A DNA stretch of 61,078 bases, counting the filler, from Sphacelaria rigidula (Eukaryota), in the NCBI GenBank assembly GCA_964200075.2. It is 6 parts of 6 records of this genome, joined end to end, with 100 filler letters (N's around TTAATTAATTAA, not from the genome) between each part and the next. Parts side by side here need not be neighbours in the genome. Positions count along the whole stretch, not along the records: positions 50,983 to 61,078 come from CAXNAA020007156.1; 5 more parts are not named here. The stretch is one strand, 5' to 3'. The position numbers and the translations under genes were made by a program. The notes under the pieces were generated by a model. That model ran no database searches. It worked only from the letters and a program-made list of their open reading frames with translations, and was not told the origin of the DNA. Numbering within the stretch: position 1 is the stretch's first letter; every line of letters starts with the position of its first letter. Below, piece after piece: positions 50,983 to 61,078 of the stretch.

Positions 50983-51114
50983 GTTAGCTTCACTAGATCT
51001 AGAATATACGATGAATTTAAACCATTATTTACCGTTACCGGCTACGTATGCTACATACAGTCCTTGAAAAAATGGTCCAAATTCATCGTATATTCTAGAT
51101 CTAGTGAAGCTAAC
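50983..51114. repeat. Inverted repeat with ~36-bp perfect arms at the contig start
   Basis: gttagcttcactagatctagaatatacgatgaattt / aaattcatcgtatattctagatctagtgaagctaac; ttagcttcactaga also occurs at 45001. Confidence 0.85.
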
Positions 51115-51303
51115 TCGCATTGAAACGTGCCTCCCGCACGGCGACTTCAGCGGGGCCCTCCGACGGGGTCCACTCTGCCGGGGGGGGGGCTTTTTGGCTC
51201 GCGGCTGCACCGCTCTATGACCAAACCATTATGTACCATTTAACTGGTTAATGAGTGCGCTACGCGTAACCATTAAACTGGTTGATGGTTAGACAAACCA
51301 CTT

Positions 51304-52840
51304 CCGAGCTCTACTTATTATGCTAGTAAGGTCATTTTTTATGCTAGTAATCTAACCAAAAATTATGCTCGTGAAATGGAATTTATGCTCGCATTTTCAA
51401 ATATATATATGCTCGATTTATGCTCGCAAAGTGGAATTTGTGCTCGCTTATGCTCGTAATATCCGCAAAGGATGCCATTTTCGACCGGATACAGACCCAC
51501 CGATCACTAGTAATTATTTACTATTATTATGTTCGTCACATTTTTAGCTCGATCCCTCGAATGCGTGGTCACAGAGTGGAAGGAGCATGCTACTGTGTAT
51601 GCATGTTTTATATATACAAAGTACTACCTCTACCTGCATTCGTACGATTGAATACCGCATTTTCCGGTTGTCGTACTCGGTGCGTCATTGAATATCATCG
51701 CGCACTCTCTGTGCTGCATGTTGTGCTATATACCGCTGCCTAACTGCCGTATAGACAAGACATATGATAGGCAACCTGCTGATTCAGATATCCATCACAA
51801 TCTGGCACAATGACTACGTTGTACGCAGCTCGTCACCAAACTCAAAATGACAAGTCATGAAATCACAAAATGTCTTGACTCGTCGCCTGTCCCACGTCGA
51901 GGAACTCGTGTCCGAGGACAACGACATTCGATTGATAAATGATTATTAGATTGATTGTCTCGCATGAACCGATGCCGCTTCCAATTTAGCCGAGGTCGCA
52001 ACATGGGTACAAGCCAGGAAACAAGGGGCGAGAAAGGAAACCCACAAAGTGATTGAAATTGGAGAAAAAACTGGAGTAGCCAGAGAAAGTACAAAACCAA
52101 AACACACAACACGCAAGAAAAAAATGGGAAGCCAAGATATACTGATGTGCTGCTGTGCTGTGTGGTGGGTACTGTACGCCGTGCGCCGTGTACTACCGAC
52201 TACAGACTATAGAGTACGTTGTACGTGTTTGTGTCGTGTGCTTTCATGAAAACGCACGCGGCCATTTGGCAACCCCCAAAATTCCTCCAGGTCGGTCAAC
52301 TTTTCGAGCCTCCAGAGGAGATTTTTTGGTTACCTCCAAAGGGATTAAAACGCCTGCGGAGGCTTGTTTGCCTCTGGAGGGACGCCCATCTCTCCGAAGG
52401 CATTTTGCTACCCGCAAATTCCTCCGGAGGGGTGTGCGGCCCTCCAGGTCGGTAGAGTTTGGTTTCCTCCAGAGGGATTGAAGGCCTCCAGAGGCTTGTT
52501 TTGCCTCTGGGGGACCGCGCATCCGTCCGGGGCATTTTGGGTGGTAGCCAAATGGCCGCGTGTGGACGTTTATCAGACCTGCGATCGATCAGACTGGCGG
52601 TTTGAATAGCTGGTTCCAGAGAATAGACGTATTCCAGACCCGCGGTCGATGATAGCAGAGTTGTTCGCCCAAAATATCAGAGCAGGCCAGCATTTAGACC
52701 CTTTTCCCACCCCTGTGATGAAAAATTATGCTCGATTATGCTATTTGCTGAAACGCCATGCTATTTATGCTACTTGCTGAAAACCTATGCTATTTATGCT
52801 ATCAAGATGGAATTATGCTAGCATAATAAGTAAAAGCCTA
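51304..52840. mobile_element. TIR element with TATGCT subterminal repeats, containing a nested MITE
   Basis: tacttattatgctag / ctagcataataagta inverted termini; dense ttatgct repeats at 51310-51460 and 52725-52820. Confidence 0.6.
52255..52562. mobile_element. GC-rich MITE
   Basis: TIR cacgcggccatttggc / gccaaatggccgcgtg; internal cctccagagg motifs. Confidence 0.7.
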
Positions 52841-53859
52841 GACGAATCAGAAACGAGCGAATTCGATTCGATCGCACGTTTTCCACACGAAAACAATTTG
52901 ATAAGACACGGCCTGAGGCAATGGAAGAGGTGGGAAAATGAGCGGCCAGACAGCAGTGCAACAGATTCTACGGCAAGGGTCCAGCTCCCTTCGTCGGGGT
53001 AAATGTGGCCGAGGCGCTTGTTGTGTTCCGAATATCACAGAATCGTAGCACTGTACCAACATGTCTACTGTTGTAACATCCACCATTCCACTTGCGAATA
53101 GTGATTGTTGCACATTAACTGATCTACCATGGATCCAGCCGTGGTTATCAGATAGACGTACCCACGGCAAATAAGCGGTAATTTTCGCGAAAAGAAAATC
53201 AAGAAAGGGAAAGGCGGAGAAGGAAAAGAGAACAGACTAAAAAAGGAAAAAAAATAACGTCAGGCTGCTCAAACATCGTGGTGCTGTACCGGCCCTGGAG
53301 AAGGGAAGAAACCCGTCATGCCTCTGTCGCATTACTTGACGTAAAAGAAGCAGAATACCGAAACACAAGAGTGTGGAAGCCGGTTGCAACTTAGATATCT
53401 CGGGACCACACCATTTTGGCAGCAACTCTCACTCACGAGCTCTGCGGCAGGGGAATGCAAGCACTAGTACCGCATAATATTGTGTCGCCACCCCATCTAT
53501 TCTGGACGCCAGTCTACATATTTCGGTTTGTGTGTACGTATCAGCCGGGGTCACACAGGAGGAAGCCCAGGACAGGAGTATTTTCCTTTTTATTTCGTTC
53601 TGGTACTCCACGTTCCCTCTGTAGTGCTTGCCTTTTTTATATCGCGAAAGGGGTTCAGCGGTCCCTTTCCATCGTCGACTGTGAAGTCGAATTTTTGTGT
53701 GCTCACGCATTGTCGCTCTCCATAAAGTAGCAGCAATAGGAGGCTTGACAAAGGAAGAGAAGGAACCCAGATCTGAGGACAGAGCAAAACATACATACAT
53801 ATGGAACAGAGCTAGCGAACATTTCTGAAGTCGGAAGCCAAGGAAGGAAGTTGGCAACC

Positions 53860-54835
53860 GATAAGATGAAACGAGGGAAAGCTTGTGGCGAGCAGTGCAC
53901 AGCGTAACAAGGCCCTTTGGGTGCGGCAGCATAGCTTCCATCACCTCCGCTTTGAGCAGCCGGATTCGCGGAGAAAGCTGGGCATTGGGCCGGTAGTATA
54001 TACTGGATGGGAGCTATGCTTTCGGGGGCGTGCCCAAGCAACGCTGATGCGGCGCTTGATATCCGTACAATTATTCGTGTCTGCGCTGACAGCACCACAA
54101 ACGTAGACAGACTCTCCCGTTTGCTTGTACTGTCGCCAACGGCCTTGATGCGCAGTACGGTCTCTGGGGACTGGGTGCTGACGACAGACGCATACCCTCT
54201 GCTTGTTTTCCGGTACACTAAGTCCGAACTCGTGGCAGACGGCCACGATCACAGTGCAGCAAGCTCGCCTGGGAACCTCGAGGTCTTGCCGGTGTCATCC
54301 ACGTAAAGCATTCCCCATACTGCGTGTTGTGCCCCCTCCAGCGTCGCTTCCAGGGGTTCACTATCCTGACTGGCACATTATCTAGATATACCAAGACTGA
54401 GACGATGGCTGAGTCTGCCGCGAAACACTGTAAGGTTACGTCGGCCAATGCCGCGCCGAAGATGTTGAACAGTAACGACACGCACCCTTGCCTAATCCCC
54501 TGGCAGACGTAAAACAATTCCGATTGGTCGTCATCATGCGGCTGAACCCGAGTTTACATGCCATCGTGCAACAAATGGATGACTTTAATAATCGGCGGCG
54601 GAAATCCGAAACGAGAGAACGCTTCCCAAGGACACGTGCGGTCCACGGAGTGGCACGCTTTGTGCAGTTCGATAAAGCACATGTTCAGTATGACGGCGTT
54701 CCTCGCCCGTCCGAACTCCTGCAGTCGGCGTACTACAAACGTAATGTCGATGGTTGATGATTTGCGCCAACATCCTCATAACTCCTCCGGGAAAAGATCT
54801 CCCTTGGCGCAGAAAGTTTTCAACCTGTTAGCTAC
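53860..54835 (-). mobile_element. Decayed RTE-like LINE reverse transcriptase region
   Basis: Minus-strand fragments VRRLQEFG...MCFIELHKACHSVDR, QGIRQGCVSLLFNIF, VCHEFGLSV and TDIKRRISVAWA match non-LTR RT domains; many frameshifts. Confidence 0.82.
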
Positions 54836-57800
54836 TGAGATAGTAAGTGTTTCAGGCATTCGATGCTCCGGGACTCTCTGGAATACCCCGCACTTGAAAT
54901 TGCAAGACTTGAGTGCTCCAGAACCCTGGGATACTCAGTATTTCGGCAGTCGAATACTCCAGGACCCAGCATATTCGGCAGCCGATGCTCTGAGAACGCT
55001 GGATATCTAGAGGATCTCGAGGACCTCGCTCTATATAAGCACATTTTGCATTGTATGGATTGATTTTAGCACATTTATGTACAACAAACCAAGTTTTGTG
55101 CTCAAGCATGCGGCTTAAGGCCCAACACTGCTGATGCACCGTCGGAAACCTGCGAAAATCTGAAACTCTGAGTACAACACAGCAAAGATGGTGCTGACGA
55201 ATTTTTCATGTCGTCGTACTCCTTGACAAGTATCTTGCAGTCCCATAAAGAAGGCCGTTTTCGTCTTTTCGTTGTGACGAGAAATGTTGATCTTGATCAT
55301 GCTCCAGTCCTTTTTGCCATGAAAAATGGACGTTGAAGGGCGTATGTTGGCACATTCTTTTTCGATCGAAAAAACAGAGAATTCAATCATTTTCTCGAGC
55401 TGGGTCCAAGCGAATTTGCGGGCTTTTGATCGAAAAAGACAGTGAAAATCGTGAAACGGTACTTGCTCGCTTGTGTACAGTACATACAGAAAGTACTGTA
55501 CTGTCTGCTCTGTTTGCATAGAGAGAAACAGTGCGGCTGTGTGTGTGTGTGTGTGTGTGTATTCCGTACAGAAAGATGCGAAAGAGAAGCGGACAGCGTG
55601 CAGTGCAGACAGCGCAGAACTATCTAAATACGCTCTGCTTACAATGGGACGTGAAAAGGACTTGAACAGCGTCCAGCATTGTACTGTCTGCACTGTCAAT
55701 GAGTGTGTATGCAAGCTGGTCACCCACCCTACCACGTACGGAGTAGTTCAGTCGCCGATCTATGAGAGAAGATCCTCAAGTGTTCGCCAACGAAATATAT
55801 ACACACTACCCAACTACTGTCATATATCTATCCCTGGGTTCAACTGGTGCTCTATGCTGCAGGGTTGCGGTGGTAGCTGATAATGAGTTGTGTGGGGTTT
55901 GCAGGGTTCTGTGAACGGGTGGTATCTGACGTAGTGGTCTGCAAGGTAGGATTCTAGTGCCCCTTCGTACTTCACCTCTGCATGTTGTCGATCGGAAAGC
56001 TTTGTTTTGATATTTTTTACTGCTTGTCCGCGCGCCACTAGTTGTAAAATTAGTTGAAGTCAGCTAGGAATAAAATGCCGTGGACCTATCAGATCGAATT
56101 TTTTGTTTTCCACCGCACTTTTTCGATCGAAAAGAAATGTGCGAAGGTACGCCCTACTAGGCCTGGATGCTGACAGGAACTGGCCCAAATTGATACTGCA
56201 GCCACACAGTACGTACAGTACAGGAGATTATCTTTTTCTTGAATCACCATCGAGGAGTCGGCGATTTTAGAGAAAAAAAATGATCAGGAATTGCATTCAA
56301 AATTTTGGAGTGCAACGGAAACGCAGTTCAACATATACTTGCGAGAGTCCAACTGTACCGTACAATACGACCCTGCCCGCATCAGCAGCCGTGCACAATG
56401 CACAACTGACCTGCGAGACAGCCCACCCTTTCGTCATCGCACGCGGTAAATGCTACAATATGAATACCCCGGTAGACTGCTGCTTCGTGTCGTTGTCACT
56501 ACTGTTGGCCAACCCCAGCTTCTGCTCTCCAACACGACTTGGAGGGTTGGCTATGAATATGACCGTTTCCTCATTACGACGGCAGCTCAAAGGTGTTGCT
56601 GCATGTGACACTCGCCGTCGTTCTGTCATTTTCTCCTATTAATAGACCAATTTGCAGTCATTTCGAGTAGTGGAGCCAGAGTGCAGCCAGTACGTACAGT
56701 CCGTAAAATTGCAGCAATTTGGTCTGCCCCAGCCAGCAGCACACGCAGACGGCCGCAGCTACTCAAAAAATGAACAGATCGCCGGCAAACCAGGTGTGTC
56801 TCTGGCAGCTGGACGAGGATTAGTCTTGGGGTTCTTGCACGAGGGCCAGGGATTTATGAGCATATCGCGTGGTTCCTGAGCAGATTATGTTCACAACATG
56901 TACGCCGTTTTTCGCCTTCCCTCCTCCTACACATACCACTGTCATCCCCGGAATAAACAACACTGCACGAGCGTATTATTATGGTTGGATTCAGAGCTCG
57001 TATCGCCGTGGTAAGGAGGCATGGTTCGCAAGTATGCACAGTGGCTAGCAGCTAACTATTATGTGAGATCATTCCGTCAAAGCTGCCCTTAGTCAACACG
57101 CTTCCATTGTTGTGGAACTGAAGCAATCAACTTTTACCGGCAGCAGAGTCCATCCGCACTTGTATTCTTCACGTTTGTTCTCCCCAACCGAAAAATGAAC
57201 CCACTCTACCACGTCGTCTCATGAACACAAGGGGAAAATGTCACATTACCAACCTCGATTTCTCAAGTGTATCCATGTTGATCCAAAAGTGTGTATGAGA
57301 TCGTCGTGTTTCCAACACCCACCGTTGCACAACGGTACGGTTGATTTACACTTTCAGGATACTTTTTTATGTTCAGCATTGGGCTTAACCCTTCTGGAAC
57401 CCTCCCCTCCCGTCCCCGGGCCAGACGCCTCATTATGAGAAGCCCTGACAAAGAAGAAAAGATGGAAACAGAAAAGACAGACGGCGACCATTTTTACAGT
57501 GGAAAACCAAAGAAGACTCCAGACCCACACGTCATGGATGTACCGAAAATGAAACCCGGAGCGGTCGGGTTGGGTTTTTCCAATGATATCACGTGACGGG
57601 CGAAATGTGTCCCATTGTGTGCATGCACAGAACTCTCGCAAAACAGTACAAACTCCTATATGCATGTAATTTTTGTTAGTAGAATCTGTGAAATACCTCA
57701 ATTCGAGTTCGGTCCACGAATATGTCACATTAGTATACTTGAACTTAGAGTGGCGCACTAATATACTTGAACTGGGAGCAGTGCACCGTTTTGGTGAGCT

Positions 57801-59054
57801 GCATAATCAAAAGTTGGCGAGCGTAGGAAGCCACACTATACGGCCGGCGACAATGACATGGCGGAGCACATGGAAATCCCGTCGCCACATGTGGAAGCGC
57901 TGATGAGCGACCCATATGCAATTCACGTCCAGCTGGAAGAGGTGGCTGAGAAGAACGCCCAGGACAGTCTTGATATAATGATGGTGCAATACTGCATCTC
58001 ATCCCAGCCGGGTTTTTTTTTTAACTCCAGTGTTGCGCCGACATTTTCTTCGTGCACTTGTGAACACCTGCGCATTTTCGTAAATAACGGAAAATATCGT
58101 GGGTTTTTGGATTGAACGCTACACAATCGACCCTCGTGTTCCAGAGCGAAGTACAGTGAAGCACGTCGGGAGTATATCTGATCGTGATGATGATCGCCAC
58201 GAGTTACAGTATATGTGTGAGGAGCGGAGTGTAACCGATACTTTGGAGCAAAATGGAGTGACGTGGAAGGAGGAAAAGCGGAGTTTGTTCTTCCTTCGAT
58301 GATCGATACGCCCTCTGCGTGACCCACCTCTATGCTTATAGGAGAGACTGCTCCTATCGTACTACATGGCCTCCTTCCTCTTCCCCTCAAAGCGATGGCA
58401 ATGACGTTGGGATCATGAGCTTCCGTCCTGTTGCACAAGGTTTCGCGGGTTCATCCATCATCACCAACTAACGCCTTGATTGAAGTATAATAACTTGTCC
58501 AAAACAAATGACTCAAAATACCGCTTGACTTGACTTGAGTACGAGCTGGGCCTAGGCGGCTACGTTCCGGAGGTAGTATGGTCCGTGATACACCATTTTT
58601 ACACTCTTGTCACACCTCACGGGGTGAGGGTGGTTGTTCCGAATTTCTAGACACCGTTTGAAGCTCTCTCTCCAGGTGGAGATATCTGTGGATATCTTTT
58701 TCTCTTCCCTCGTTCCTTGCTTCTTCATGCCCCAAACCCGACGATCTTGTTCGCTTTTTTCATGGGCGTGTACTTATTGGTCAGAGGAAAATAACACTGG
58801 ATTTGGACAGTGCTGGGTATTTTCCCGAGGCTTTTTCTTGTCACAAAAAGGAATTGGCAGGGTATTGCTGCTGGATCAGGTGACGGGAATGGTTTGACAC
58901 GGGTTTGGAGGGCAATTCCGTTCGCTTCTTCATGCGATAACCAACCTATCGATTTCAAAATGGAGTGCGACAATCGCTCGCCTTTCCAGTACTGTCACTG
59001 CCCCTACCGATATGAGATGGAGCGTTCATTGCTTCCTCTGATGTTTTTTTTTAA

Positions 59055-60450
59055 TTGATTGATTGTCGCACTTCAACTGAAATCTTCCAAGGCCACGAAA
59101 ACAAGAGAGAGAGACACAAACAAACAATGAGAGAGACGGCATGAAAACAAATGAGAAAGGGCCTCCCCCCGGTTTGGTCGGGATGTGGTGAACAAACACA
59201 TCAGCTTTGCCAATAAAGTAAACTCAGGAAAACACCAAAGTTCTTCGGAGCACGGCAGAGGCACTAGCGAGCGTACAACGCGACGGTCTACATGTTGTGT
59301 TCCGGCGGTCCTCGATAGACAGTGACGTCTAGCGGCAGTACAGCAAGCAGTTTCTTAGCATGGTGCGCCTTGGTCCAGGCTGTCATGTACACCTTAGCCC
59401 CTTCCTCCACGATCCGGTACCATTCGGAGACATGTTGGACATCCCGCGTCCACGGTGTCGCGTTTATTACGAAGTCGGAGCAGTATTCCGTGACAACGCC
59501 GTGTTTATGTCAACTACAATAGTCTCCTGTTGTGCATCCACCCCCCGTTGGACCAAGCAAGATATGCACGCGATTACAGGCCATGAAAAAATATTGCAAA
59601 AGGTTTGACGGGATTATATCCATGCCGCGAATCAAACAACGCGACATAATTTGGTCAGCCGTGCTTGGTTCAGCTTTAGTACACAGCCCGTAACCCAACA
59701 TTGGCAGTAGAATGTTATGCTTGCTTTCAATGGCCAATAAGAGGCTGATCGATACAATTCGAACTCCAAGCAATAACAGAAATTAATTGATTCTGCATCA
59801 TGAAGTAAAGCTGTATACCATAAGTGCTGTAGGAGGCCCAGAGAGCTTAGATTCGCCATCAAGAGCCATGTATACGGCGAGACCTGTGCCTTTAGGGTTC
59901 TAGCGATCGTTTTGACCACATATTTCATGCTCAAAACATTTGGTCATGTTTTTTCCGACACGGAGCCAAGTGGGGTTAACTACTTGCGCTGTGTAACTAA
60001 GATGCATATTTACCGATGTCTCTCGGTGCTTCTGTGATATACCCTTGTGGTTTTATCAATGGGGGTGAAGTCAAAAGCACGACCAGCAAAAAATCGGACT
60101 ATCCACTGAGGCTGTCAGCGCGATTTCGGCCTCAGTAGACGGCTGCTGACAAGTGCCAAGACGTTGCCCTGAGTTTGGTACAGCGTGAGTTCTTCGCAAC
60201 CTCGTCTCGGAAGGGCAGAATGGAGAATGACTTTCGCGCTTGTTGAAATATCGGCATCTCATGTTGGTGCTTTGAAAGAGACAAACATTACGAATTCGTG
60301 TGCTGTAGTGGGTGACGTTTAATCGCGCTGCGAAGGATGTCCTACGAGAGATTCATTACATATGTTTCCGTGCATGACCGACATCCTCGATCAAGTCTGT
60401 TGGCTCCGTCGTGTCTTGTTTTTTCAGGGGGTGGTAAATAAGGTGACCTT
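59055..60450 (-). mobile_element. Highly decayed LINE with 3' end and (CAAT)n tail
   Basis: Minus-strand peptide WYRIVEEGAKVYMTAW near 59380-59430 resembles an RTE-like ORF C-terminus; ends ...CAGTTGAAGTGCGACAATCAATCAAT. Upstream extent is uncertain. Confidence 0.45.
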
Positions 60451-60963
60451 ATCGCTGGCGAAACGTACTGTAATCGTGTGTTAGATCCTGGACTTGAAAA
60501 CCGCCGTGTTTGTACAAGATGTGTATATTTTCCGCCCGCTTTTGGGAAACACTCGATCATAAGTGTATGCGCTGTGGCGTGGAAAAAATTGAGCGAGCGT
60601 CATAGTCATGGAGAAGGTAAGTTGATTTATCCTGGCATGATCGTAATTCCATGCTTCATCGAGTCTACCGATGCCACCATGTGTTGCTTTTGGTAGGGAT
60701 GATGTTGCGAGTGATAACACCAATGTTTTTTGCCGGTTTTTAAATTTCCGGGTAGAGGTGCCCAAGAAAGCTCTTACGAGCCTCGTTGACCATGCACGAA
60801 TTGGTGGGGAAACGTTTCTCCCTCTTCTGTCGTATCTCATTTTGGACATCATGGGCTGTAATGTGTGCAATTTATACGACACCCACACGAAGGTGGAAAT
60901 GGGTACATGTTCCTCGTTTTGAGCACGGCACCATCAGCCTCGACCTCGACAGCAGCACCAGCT

Positions 60964-60967
60964 CCCC

Positions 60968-61032
<65 letters not shown>

Positions 61033-61038
61033 CCCCCC
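60964..61038. repeat. Poly-C run near the contig end
   Basis: Seen directly; the length is probably unreliable. Confidence 0.9.
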
Positions 61039-61078
61039 GGTCGCGCGGGCCCCCCCCTCTCGCCTGGGGGGTGCGTGG

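Noticed and set aside
60964-61038. Poly-C as a functional G-quadruplex or i-motif
   Set aside because: It lies at a contig end, where homopolymer artefacts are likely.

Overview
Eukaryotic, intron- and transposon-rich nuclear DNA. It is most consistent with a stramenopile, probably a brown alga (inference from long GT-AG introns, TTAGGG repeats and RTE-type LINE remnants). The window is not one locus: it is six contigs of 10,096-10,097 bp joined by artificial 100-nt N/TTAATTAATTAA spacers. Two spliced genes can be reconstructed: the first four coding exons of PDX1 (PLP synthase, + strand) and 11 in-frame exons (515 codons) of an unidentified protein (- strand). The rest is mostly mobile DNA: a non-autonomous Ty3/Gypsy element with both LTRs, a scrambled Copia remnant, decayed RTE-like LINEs, tRNA-derived SINE-like repeats, many MITEs and a ~890-bp palindrome. 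The most unusual item is inside the Gypsy element: a copy of a mature, CCA-bearing tRNA-Gln (positions 10-end) sits exactly at the breakpoint of an internal pol inversion. The same element carries a telomere-repeat-containing MITE in gag and is itself inserted into another MITE. I find no convincing new multi-gene system.
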